Assembly: GCA_964276515.1 (NCBI GenBank)
Contig: OZ193910.1
Coordinates: 1,488,001 to 1,552,000 of the forward strand
DNA length: 64,000 bases
Direction of reading: 5' to 3'
From: Gordius albopunctatus
Lineage: Eukaryota
Both the position numbers and the translations under genes were made by a program. Below the pieces are notes generated by a model. It saw only the letters and a list, made by a program, of their open reading frames with translations. It searched no databases and was not told the DNA's origin. Positions 1 through 10,976 of the stretch are shown in pieces (positions within the stretch are counted from its first letter, which is position 1; the number at the start of each line of letters is the position of its first letter).

Positions 1-512
1 CAATTCTAGGGATTTCAATCACTTTTTTCAATAACACTAAAAGTTTATTCTTTATAGGTTCATTTTAATTATTAAATTTGATCTTTTATATGAAACGAGT
101 GAAAAATATTTTTCATATTTTGGCCATGGCAATTTCAATTCATCTGCTGATCTTGAATATTCAGAATCTGAAGATGACGACGATATAATATTATGATTGA
201 TTAAGCTATAATTAATAATATCAAACTAATTGACTTTAATCTTATCTTCTTTTGCACGTTATAGTATGTTAAAAGTATTTCGGAATTGGTAAAAGGAAAC
301 AGGAAAAACAGCTGATTAAAAAATATAATACTTTTTTGTTAAAAATTCGAATTGACATTAATTTTAAAATAAATAAAAACAAAAAAAGATTTTTAAAATT
401 GAACGCGTTCATCAAAAAAGGAACGCGTTCACGTTCAAAGTTCACCAAAAAATAAAAGAACGCCGTTCATGAACGCGTTCATAAAATTTGAACGCGTTCA
501 CTTACAGCACTA
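1..512. mobile_element. End of a hAT-like DNA transposon (terminal region; element runs off the window's left edge)
   Basis: Clustered palindromic GAACGCGTTC subterminal motifs at 401, 421, 471 and 490 (variant at ~458). They end in a terminus reading TAGTGCTGTAAG on the - strand at 512, resembling hAT TIRs (TAGxGxTG). Confidence 0.55.
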
Positions 513-805
513 CATATTCCCCTAAGACTAAAATTGGGTTTTTATTTTGAGTTAATTTAAATTCGATGGGCATATCAAATATAACAGTGGGAATAGGAGC
601 TGTGGTTTGTGCTATATATATAAAAATATAATAAATCAAATTAAATATTAATAAATGCATACTTTTAATGTAGTTAAAAATATTGTAAGTAATTTTTAGC
701 TGCTGCATATATTTATAACACAGATTTTATAATTATGGCTTATATTCATGAGTGATTCTCTTAACTACTTTCATACATTATTTTACATACTATTTATTTT
801 TAAAT

Positions 806-1035
806 TTAGCTTATTTTACTTAAACTACTTGGCACTTTATCGAAAGCTTTCTCAAGATCGATGAAACACATATGAATATTATTTTGTTTTTCCTTATATA
901 ATTCCATAAGTTTTCTAAGACCATGTATTGCATCTGAAGTCGACTTTCCAGGCATGAACTCAAATTTTCGTTCATCTATTGATATTATTTTTCGGTGTCT
1001 AGCTTCTATAACCTTTTCCCACACCTTTATGGTTA
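806..1035 (-). mobile_element. RTE-clade LINE reverse transcriptase fragment
   Basis: Translation KVWEKVIEAR...FMPGKSTSDAI...HMCFIDLEKAFDKVP matches RT domains 2-3 of RTE-type non-LTR elements; truncated on both sides. Confidence 0.85.
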
Positions 1036-1314
1036 CCTATTCAAAAGATTTAACCTTTATTATTCAAGTATTCATGCACCCTAATCGTAAAAGTAAAAAC
1101 GTCCAAGTATTTGAAGGTCTCGCGATTCACCGTTATTATTCACACAAATAACCTCGACAGATGTGTATATAAACGCGATGTTTTAACTAAAAATATTCTT
1201 TCATTCAATCCTTTCTATTATTCGGAAATAAAATAGTTGTTTGCTCTCATACAATCCTTTGTTTAATAAATATTTTATTTATTACTATTTATAGGGACTT
1301 GAGCAGCAACAAAA

Positions 1315-1325
1315 TGGTGACCCCG
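1315..1325 (+). promoter_or_regulatory. Primer-binding site, probably tRNA-Trp
   Basis: TGGTGACCCCG 3 nt after the LTR-terminal CA; complementary to the tRNA-Trp 3' end (...GGGGTCACCA), typical of CsRN1-clade Gypsy. Confidence 0.75.
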
Positions 1326-1334
1326 GCGCCGAAA

Positions 1335-2129
1335 ATGGAAATGAAACAAGAGGATGAAGATTCGACTGGGGAAAATACGATATACTTCAAACTCCCCATT
1401 TTTAACGCCTTAAATCCAAGAATTTGGTTTATCCAAATCGAATCTCTTTTAAAAATACGTAAAATTAAAAATGAATTCACTAAATTATGGTATCTCATTG
1501 AAAACCTGCCACAAGAGGTGACCTCTGAAATACAAGATCTTTTAGAAAACATCCCAAACGAAGCTCCGTTTACTACCCTCAAAGAAGCTATAATTACACG
1601 TACATCCAGGAGTGATATGCTGCGTCTTCATGATCTAATTACTAACGTAAAATTGGGTGACCGAACCCCTTCTCAACTATTGCGTTATATGAGAACCTTA
1701 TTAGGTAAACATTCAATGGACGATACTATACTCAAACAGCTCTGGATGGACAAACTACCAGGTACAATGACAGGAATACTATCGAATTTTCCCCAAGACC
1801 AATCTCCCACAAAATTGGCAGAAACTGCAGATAAGATAGCGGCTACCTATCACGTAAGCCCGATAATTAATTCTCTAAACCCAGGTCTAAATAAAGAGAT
1901 GGAAGAACTTAAAGAGCTCGTAAAAAAACTTAATGTCACAGTAGAAACACTAAAAAGGGATGTACAAAAAGTACGATCACGATCATTTTCAAGACATATA
2001 TCTTACTCCCGACACACGCGCACAGCAAGGACAAACGAGCCTAACCTATGCTTGTATCACAAACGTTTCCAAGACAAGGCCAACAAATGTATAGAACCTT
2101 GTACCTTCCAACAAAGAGATTCAAACTAA
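1335..2129 (+). CDS. gag: Gypsy Gag (open frame)
   Basis: KLPIFNALNPRIWFIQIES N-terminal motif, LGDRTPSQLL, C-terminal CLYHKRFQDKANKCIEPC (C-X2-H-X9-C-X3-C). Confidence 0.85.
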   Translation: MEMKQEDEDSTGENTIYFKLPIFNALNPRIWFIQIESLLKIRKIKNEFTKLWYLIENLPQEVTSEIQDLLENIPNEAPFTTLKEAIITRTSRSDMLRLHDLITNVKLGDRTPSQLLRYMRTLLGKHSMDDTILKQLWMDKLPGTMTGILSNFPQDQSPTKLAETADKIAATYHVSPIINSLNPGLNKEMEELKELVKKLNVTVETLKRDVQKVRSRSFSRHISYSRHTRTARTNEPNLCLYHKRFQDKANKCIEPCTFQQRDSN

Positions 2130-4875
2130 TAAGCCGGCCAGCAAAAGCGACATCTGGCACCGGCCTTAAAAAAACAAGTCGCTGATTCTACATGTATGAT
2201 AATTCTTCTTCTATTAATTTTTTAATCGACACCGGCGCAGAAATTAGCGTAATCCCGGCAACCAAACACGAACGACTCAATTGGTCCAATATACAGCTTC
2301 AAGCGCCATAAAAACTTTTGGAAAAAAATCGTTAACTTTAGATCTAGCTCTTAAAAAGAGATATCAATGGATCTTTACAATAGCTGACGTAAAATTCCGA
2401 ATATTAGGAGCTGACTTTTTAAGTAATTTTAACTTTATTATTAATATTTCAAAGAAACCACTGATCGAAACACAAATTACACCGGTTAAACAGATCGCAG
2501 TAAACTCCCAATTGGCAGTAGAAAATCCTTCGGAATTTACTTGGTTATTAAAAATATTCCCCTCTGTGTTTTAAGCTACAGAATATACGCCAACAGCAAA
2601 ACATAATACCCAACATCACATAGAAACAAAAGGACCGCCAATATTCTCCTAACCCAGACGTTTGAATGCAGAAAAACTGAAGGGAGCAAAAAAATGAATT
2701 CATGTACATGATGGATTCAGGCATCATCAGAACATCCAACAGCTGCTGGGCTTCACCACTGCACATGGCGCCAAAAAAGAACAATGAGTGGAGACCATGC
2801 GGTGATTATCGAGCCCTCAATATAAAAACAATTCCCGATCTTTACCTTCTGCCCCATATACATGATTTTTCACTTTCCCTGAAAGGAAAAAATATATTCA
2901 CTAAATTAGATTTAGTACAAGCTTATCACCCAATTCCAATGGCACCAGAAGACATCAAAAAAGCGCTATCACAACCCCATTTGGTTTATTCGAATTTGTA
3001 CGCATGTCTTTTGGTCTCAGAAACGCAGCTCAAACATTCCAAAGGTTCATCGACAATGTTCTCAGAGGATTAAACCATAAATTTACTTATTTGGATGACA
3101 TATTAATTGCCAGTTCTTTTTTAGCAGAACACAAAATACACGTAGAACCGGTAATTCAACGACTATGTGATAATGGGATTAATGTAAATATGCAAAAATG
3201 CAAATGGGGTGTAAAGGAAATTGAGTTCTTAGGACACATAGAGACGTCTAAAGGATTAAAACCTATACCCGAGAAAATAGAAGCCATTGACAAATTTCCA
3301 ATCCCAACTTCAATGACACAATTGAAAAGATTTGTCGTCATGATAAATTTTTACCGAAGGTTTATCCCTAAATGTGCAGATCTACTCAAATCATTAACCG
3401 ACCACTTCGATGAGACCAAAAGACCAATTGAGTTAACTCAAGAAGCTAAACACGCTTTTTTCCAGGCAAAATAAAACCTTAAACAAATAACTAGTTTATA
3501 TCATTTAGACGAAAAGAACAAACTGTCACTTACTACAGATGCTTCCAATTATGCTGTGGGAGGAGTTCTCCAACAACAAACATTAAACGGTGATATTCTA
3601 CCACTTTCCTTCGTTTCAAATATACTTTCACAAACTCAAACACGCTATAGCACCTTCAGCCGAGAACTACTGGCCATTTACCTTATGATAAAACATTATA
3701 GCCATGTTCTCGAAGGACGCAATTTCACCGTATACACCGACCACAAACCCTTGACTTATGCACTCAAGGCAAAGCCGGACAAATATTCTCCTCGAGAAAT
3801 CTGTCAGCTGGACTACATCTCTCAATTCACATCGGACATTCAATACATCCGAGGTAACACAAACATTGTGGCTGATACCCTGTCCCGTACAGACATCGAC
3901 ACAATCAAACTCCTTGCATCACAGTCATTGCTGGAACTCATAGCTACGAGACAGAAGGTTGAAAATTACACAAATGATCAAACGAAATCTTTAAAATTGG
4001 AACAATTCCCAATACCTGATTCAAAACAAAATATCATTTGTGATGTCTCTCAAGCAACATCTCGACCTCTGGTACCTTCTACCTTACGACAAACAGTTTT
4101 CAATCAATATCACGGATTATCACATCCTGGTATCCGTTCAACCCTGAAACTAATTGCAAAAAGTTTTGTCTGGCCTAAAATGAATCATGATGTACGAAGA
4201 TGGGCTCTACAATGTCATAATTGCCAGGTCAGCAAAATACATAAACATGTTATTTCTACGCCAGGTACATTCAACCAACCAGATGCTCGATTCAGCCATG
4301 TCCACCTAGACATCGTTGGTCCGTTACCGCCATCGAATGGTTACAACTACATTTTTACAGCCATAGATCGATACACCCGGTGACCAATAGCAATCCCTAT
4401 AAAAGATACCTCAGTCGAAACCGTGACTAGTACCCTTTTAACACAACCGATAGCCAACTTCGGCGTTCCAAGCACAATAACAACTGACAGAGGAGCGCAG
4501 TTTCGTTCAATGCTATTACGGCAATTTTCCCAGCTTCTCGGTTATCATCACATAACCACAACCGCCTATCACCCACAAGCCAATGGGCTGGTCGAACGTT
4601 TCCACCGTCAGCTAAAGAGTTCAATAATGGCAAAATACAACGCTACCAAATGGTCCGAATTACTAACTTTTATACTACTCGGTATTAGAACGACGATCAA
4701 AGAGGACTTAGCCTGTTCTAGTTCCGAACTAGTTTATGGTACCACCTTACGCCTCCCCGACGACTTCATACAACATTCCTCACTCGATACAAATGCTACC
4801 GAGTTTTTACAACGCCTTCGACACCACTTCGACAACGTACGGTTCTCACCACCACGTCCGTCAAACACCAACTCT
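2130..4875 (+). pseudogene. pol: Gypsy pol (PR-RT-RH-IN), broken by stops and frameshifts
   Basis: Domains are split over ORFs 2281-2574, 2702-3073, 3004-3474, 3556-4383 and 4423-; in-frame stops include ~2183, 3472 and 4381. Confidence 0.9.
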
Positions 4876-5777
4876 AGATGTCTGGTCTGCCAACGTCAAC
4901 CCAGGGACCCCCTTCCCCATGACCTCAAGACAAAAGCATTGGGATGCTGGCCTCGTATCGCGCTCCGTTGATTACCTCTTATCGAGTTGCGACGCCCGCC
5001 AGCACTTCAACCTTAAATCTTTGGGTTTTGACGGATCGGGTCACGAGTGGCTAGAAGCTTATCCTAGTTCACTTTCTGGACTGATGTTGGAGGACTCCAT
5101 CGCCCTCAGACTAGGAATTCCCTATTCAAAGGAATATTCCTACCGCAACTGCTCCCAGAACGTAGACATTTATGCAAGACACCCCCTACACTGCTTTTAC
5201 AATAAAATTAAATACACAAGGCACGAAAAGGTGAATAGCCTTATCCAAGCAGCTCTTAAAAAGGCCAATATCCCGTCCGTTTTAGAGCCGCCTGAACCTT
5301 CGTTAGAGGGAAGGATGCGACTAGACGGCTCTACCCTCATCCCTTGGCAAAATGGTCTAACTCTTAAATGAGATTTCACCTGCATAGACATTTTCACCCC
5401 CTTTAACCAGAACTACAACGCTCTGACCCTCGCCGAACACCTTAAAACGGTAAAATAACAGGCCCTCCTACCCTCTAATATCTTTGCCCCTATCGTTGCC
5501 TCATGTTCTGGGACCTTTTTAAAGATATCAGCCGTCGCTGCCCGCCCTCTAAATATTCTACAAATTTTTTACTTAAACAAAAAATTGGTTTTTTAATAGC
5601 AAAGTACAATTTTAAATCCCTGGCCGACAGCTGGCCACTTTTATTAGATGATACATGCGACGCTTTTTAATTATATTTTATTTTGTTTTATTCCCGCTCT
5701 TATATTTTTCGAATTCTAACACTTCGTTTTTCATAACGTTCTTACATTCAAATAAACAATACATACATTTAAAAAAA
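4876..5777 (+). mobile_element. 5'-truncated CRE-clade non-LTR retrotransposon remnant (zinc knuckle + REL endonuclease + 3' UTR)
   Basis: QKHWDAGLVSRSVDYLLSSCDARQHFNLKSLGFDGSGHEWLEAYPS...HPLHC...RHEKVN...PSVLEP...RMRLDG aligns by eye with the C-terminus of ORF 43612-45906; it ends in a T-rich UTR, AATAAA and a short A run. Confidence 0.85.
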
Positions 5778-6589
5778 CATAGATGCGGAAGATTGTGGCT
5801 CCGTAGAAAATATAGCCCATATCAAAATATTTCTAATCTATAACTTGGGATATTACCCCTTGTACATAATGGATCTGATCAGGAAATTGATAGCACTAGT
5901 GGATAAAACTTTGGCCATTTACTTCGATGAAACTTTACCGATAAATAGGATTCACAATGCCACAAACATATGGAGCATGATTCCGAATTTGATTGAGTTC
6001 CCTTTTAGGGTGGTTAAAACCTTCCATAATTGTAGCCTAAATAATAATGGGTTTAATGTAATGTTGAAATAATGTTTAAAAACGAATCCGCTTTGGGTTT
6101 ATGTAGAGAGGACCCGATTTACGAGGGGCCGGTAACCACAAAGTGCGGTATATATAATTAACTAAAAGTCGGCAAATACATTAGCTTGTTTATACTAATT
6201 TATGTTATACACTAATTCTGTTTTTAAACCAACACTAAAATAAGATATAGAATCTAATCCAGTAAGCTTGCTATAAAAAACATCAATTAAATTGTTGTTT
6301 AAATCAACTTCATAATTTTCTAATATCACTCTTAGCACCTGTGAACATGTTTAAAGTTACCTTTAGGTAGCAATCAAAGTAATTAGACTTACTATTTAGA
6401 CTTCACTGTAAAGTTGTTGTTATTTACACAATCTTATTTGTAAAAAGAGGAAGGAGGGGGAGTATAAATATAAAGTGAAAAGGGGGACATATTAATAATA
6501 TAAAAAATATTATCTTCTAAGATGGACATGAGTCGACTAAAAGTTTTGAAGTGCATCGAACTATGAAAATCTCAACTTTTTAGTCGATA

Positions 6590-6790
6590 TCGTGGTCGGT
6601 CTGATATTAGGGGGTTCAGTCTTTGAAGCAAGAGTTTGCAGGTTCAATCCCGCCTCTGACACTTATTTCAAAAAAGATTAAAAATCACATGGTCACCAGG
6701 GCTGTCAGGCCTGGAATCCAAATATCTAAAGAAGCTGACCACCTTAGTGTCACAAACAGCTATTGCAAATTTATTTGTCGTCGGTTTGAT
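6590..6790 (+). mobile_element. tRNA-derived SINE (copy 1)
   Basis: B-box-like GGTTCAATCC; the block ttgaagcaagagtttgcaggttcaatcc...gctgaccaccttagtg...caaacagctatt recurs at 37135-37352. Confidence 0.7.
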
Positions 6791-6989
6791 ATTAAAGCAT
6801 GAAATATAAGGCTTTATTTATTTATAATATTTTAGTTAACTTGATAACTATCTTTAGGGCAAATAATATGAAAATATTCATCATTTAGTATTATTATATA
6901 GATTATAAAGTTACAAACTCTCCGATTGTCAATGTAAGTAGCCTAATAAGATTACCTAATATCTATTATTTTTAGCGATTAGAGCCTCA

Positions 6990-7440
6990 GCCTATTACCT
7001 AATTTTGCATGGGCCAAAATTTTAGCTTCAGGCCCGGCCCATACCCGCACAAATGTTATTTTTTGACCCACACCGGGCCCGCAAAAAAGCCAAAAATTTC
7101 ACCGCAGAGTAAAAACAAGTCTACATTGTTTCAAAATTAAATATTTGTGTAAAAACCATTTTGTATTGTCCAAAAAATAACTAGGCTATAGCATATAAAA
7201 TCGGTTTTAATAAAAATTTCTCATTTAATATTTTGTCATTTAAAAATAAAAGACTATCTATTCTATCTGGCAATAATTTCGTTCTTCTCTGTTCTATAAG
7301 GCGACTTGCCTTCCTGAATGTGCGTTCACTCGTAGCACTGGTGGTTGGAATTGACAGAAACTGAATAGCTAATTTTGTTAAGTTTGGTAGCATAAGTTGG
7401 TGTTCTTTCTACCCTAAAATTGCATCAGGTTGAAAATCTT
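6990..7440 (-). mobile_element. hAT transposase C-terminal (dimerisation domain) remnant with GGCCC-rich subterminal region
   Basis: LPNLTKLAIQFLSIPTTSATSERTFRKA...RRTKL motif (7181-7393). Confidence 0.8.
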
Positions 7441-9100
7441 CATGTCTTAGATTGAGTTTACGTTGAAATCTTCCATCTTTTCCCTTTCATCATCCTCCCA
7501 AATGGATCCATATCTGTCTCACCAATAGACACCTGCTTAGCTTTGCAATCCTGAGCTGAGTTGCTCAAAGGCGGACGACTCATGCAAGAAGAGCCAGACC
7601 CTAACCTCTACTATCTATATCAAAAAGTGAATCTTTCTATACCGCAAACTTGGCCTGTTCTTTACCCAATTCGTCAGAATAATAGTATATTTTATAAAAT
7701 AATCAATAGCAATGTAACCCTAATATAAAATTTACGGTTTCCTGCATACAAAGTCAGCCTCTTGTAATACCAAGAAGAAACTATAACATTTTTTGCCACT
7801 TAGATTATTGCCTGTTTATGTTGTTTTGAAACAATCTGCACTCATTTAAAGTTAATACTCGTGCTTAAAAGACGACTCTATATTATGTTGATATTTTGTG
7901 GTTTTCTTGCTTTTTATTTATTGTTGTTGGACAAACCGCTTATTTTTGAATGTTGTTATCAAAATTTTATAAATTGACTGTTGCGCTAAAATTGGTATTA
8001 TACATATCAACTTCTCTCTTTTGCTAAGTTATATATTGTGCGTGCAAATATGTAAGTTGTGTTGAAGTTATATTAAAATGTTTAATTTTAAACTCATTTA
8101 CAAGATAGCAATGTTCTTTTAGATCATTATCTTTACCAAAAACCTTTCATTCTGAATAAATATCAATACACTAAATATAACTAATATAGCAAAAAAAAAC
8201 TTTATTCGAAATCCCGAGAAGTTCATAAATTTATTTTTATGCAGCAAAAAATTTAATTAAATAAAAAAATTGAATTTTTTATTTACTCAAATTAATTTCT
8301 AAAGAATGCATTATTTTAAAAATATGAGCATAAACTTTCAAAAAACAAGGCAGTCATCTGATTAGCTAGGGATGTGGATATGGATAGATTCTAATTTTTA
8401 CATATCGTCGAATGAACAAGCAATTATTATTAAGCGAATACAAATAAATAACAGCTACATAACATTATATACAATATTATTAAAATATATATGTGTGAAT
8501 GGATTGTGTGAGATTTATATAATTAAAGCGTAACTGCGTGGCAGCATTAGCGTAGCAAGCTATTTAATGTTCAAATTCTTTTCAATCTTTCTAGGCTCGC
8601 TATGATATTGAGTTTAAAAAATAAATAAGAAAATAAGGAAATCTAGTTGATATATAATTAAAAATCCTAAATAAATCTTGTCGAATCCTTAGCTTTGTGC
8701 AACATAAATGAAAGAAAAATGGTTAATATTTTTGTCCTAATGCTAAACGACCCCCGTAATCCCAAAATTCTTTAATATTTAATAAATTCAAAGTATAAAA
8801 AATCATCATTTTGCCCTTAAACATTTTATACTAAGTCATCTAATCAATAAATTAATTTCACATTCTATAAATATTTTAAGGGATTTACAAGGCTATTGTA
8901 AAAAAAATTAAATGCAGCACTTTAATGAATTTTCAGAGCCCACACACTTAATATTTAAAATCCATATAAAAATGAATCACCGATGTAATGCAGTGGGAGG
9001 AACTAGCTAAAAAACAGAATTTTAATATAGACTTTCACTATGTCTAACAGTAAAATCTTTGTCTAACCGAACCTCCTCTTACTTAGAAATCCTAAAATTT

Positions 9101-10230
9101 CTAACTTACGCAGATACAATCGGATATTCTATATAATGGTATTTTGTAGTAGGCGTGTGGAGGCTTGAAAGCCAATACATTCTCTGTGTTGCAGGTGCTA
9201 TGTGCTATGGCTCCATGTTTTCTATCCACAAAATTGTAGCAGTTGTGACCTTCTTGACTGAAAAAAAAACAGATTAATATTTTTTTATATTTTTTTTATA
9301 TTTTAATCAATATTTTTTTTACAATATATATGCGAAAATATGGTTATTTTGAAAGATGAAAAGCAAAATAGTAATTATGAAAATTTTAAATTATAAATGG
9401 GCTTTAATGGCCGTAGCCTGGTTTTGGATTGGGGGCGGGGGGGGCAAAACGTTTAAAAGTTCAATTAGAGGGGGGAAAAAATAAAAAAAATTTAAATTTT
9501 CAAGGTTTTTGCATTGAAAAAATTAAATTTTATATTTTTTTGCATAATATTTCATTATTTTGCCCTATAATTTGATAAATTTATAATTTTTTAAGTAAGT
9601 TTTATTGATTACTGGCAAGTTGTCCAAAGTAAGGTTTGTTCAAGAACTTTTGGCACATGAACAACGTAAAGCAATCCCAGGGAAGGATGATTGAAACACT
9701 TGAAATTATTTACATCAACGTGTAAATGGCTTTCAGTATACCTGTAAAAATTATTGTATTTTATAGCAAAAAAATCATTTAAAACTCTAATTTTTAAAAA
9801 ATAATATTATATTTTATTATAAAAAATTAATAAAAATTATATTTATTTAATATTTGGATGCAATATTTAAACTTATTGCATGGAGCTACGGTTTTGAAAT
9901 GCCTTGAATAATGACTATCCACCAGCCATTTTTGCCATGCTCTAAAAATTAAAAAATACTTTTTAAAACAAAAATAATATATATTTAATTAGAGTTAACG
10001 TTGTAAATTTAAAAAATTTATTCGTAAAATATCTTATAAAATTACAAATATTTAATACAAAAACAATTTTTTTTTGATAATTCTCACGAAATATAATTAG
10101 AATATCTATAACATTCGGTAGGGGGTTGCCTATCGAGAACTAATGCGGGTAAGATTCCGTAACCAATTCCTAATACGTTTCCACACAAAATAGCTGAAAA
10201 TGATATAATTAAAAGCTTTCCAAAAATCAT
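9101..10230 (-). CDS. Small secreted cystine-knot protein, Spaetzle/neurotrophin-like (4 exons, ~165 aa)
   Basis: Exons 10088-10230, 9873-9941, 9613-9741 and 9101-9257 splice in frame via GT-AG. Signal peptide MIFGKLLIISFSAILCGNVLG; knot-like cysteines PCNK...LYVVHVPKVLEQTLLWTTC...HNC...STC...VLAF...SDCIC. The last exon could alternatively splice at GTAAGT just before the stop. Confidence 0.7.
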
Positions 10231-10517
10231 TTTAATTTCCTAAATGAATCGAATAAATGTATGTTAAGACACAATGGTCGATTTGTAAAACGGTAAAAAA
10301 GGCTTATTTTTCCTTGAAATCTGGTGTAAAATTTTTACAGCTGTCGAAAATTATCAAAAAATTAAGATTTTTTATTAAAAATATATCTGTATTGATGGAA
10401 TTTCAGGGTAACTTTAACATAACATGGTACAAAAAAAAGATTTTTTTTTCTCATGTAAAGAAACTAATATTTTAGTCTGGTTAGTCTCACAAAACTTAAT
10501 TTAACAAGATTTCTTAT

Positions 10518-10678
10518 CATAGCCGCAGCAAGGGGGTGGTAGAGAGGGCAGCTGCCCCTCTCTAAATCAAAAAATTCTTTCAAATTTATAATTATAGCTA
10601 AAATTAAAAAAATTATCATCTCGTCCCTCCATAAATCATTATTGCCCCCCTCAAATTCAAATTCCTTCTATGCCAATG
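10518..10678. mobile_element. Short GC-ended MITE family (~150 bp; whole or partial copies also near 16622-16790, 27540-27622, 36232-36372, 37974-38120, 54606-54700, 56969-57140)
   Basis: Shared blocks (cat)ggcgtagcc...gggggcagctgcccc...aaatccaaaaattt...aaatcattattgcccccc...ggctacgcccatg in both orientations. Confidence 0.7.
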
Positions 10679-10976
10679 TTGCTGCTTATAGTATAAAATA
10701 ATTTTAAAAAATTATGGCTTTAGTTCACTACAAATTTTTATTTTTTAATATAAAATAGTAGTGTTTTAAAAATAGTTGGGTTTATTTTGTCCACTTAACA
10801 AGACCGAACCTTTTATACAACACTACAAAATAATAAATTTGAATGAGAATTCAATTTATTAAAAGATTAGTTTAAAATATCGAAAATTATGATTGTTAAA
10901 ATTAAGTTAAGTATTTATTTAGAATACTAAATTCTATAATTGTAAAAAAGTAGTAAATAATAGATATTAATACTTT

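Larger units (their letters stand above)
1036..4875 (+). mobile_element. Degenerate Ty3/Gypsy LTR retrotransposon, CsRN1/Boudicca-like clade (5' LTR remnant, PBS, gag, pol; 3' end missing)
   Basis: LTR-like end ...AGCAACA at 1311, PBS TGGTGACCCCG at 1315, gag with CHCC knuckle, protease FLIDTGAEISVIP, RT (YLDD), RNase H, integrase (HPG...CHNC; DRGAQF; GLVERFH). The 5' LTR start is not clearly defined. Confidence 0.92.

Noticed and set aside
502..708. Host gene exons on the - strand (ORF 502-708)
   Set aside because: Possible splice signals exist, but there is no recognisable motif, and the apparent donor coincides with a transposon terminus; unsupported.
4423..5371. In-frame integrase-REL fusion protein
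   Set aside because: The integrase (ORF 4423) and CRE (ORF 4736) segments are in different frames, and both elements carry stops.
5783..6072. Open frame or exon after the CRE tail
   Set aside because: No recognisable domain and no partner exons identified.
6590..6665. Functional tRNA gene
   Set aside because: Only a B-box is clear, there is no convincing cloverleaf, and a diverged copy with a shared non-tRNA tail exists at 37135; it is a SINE.
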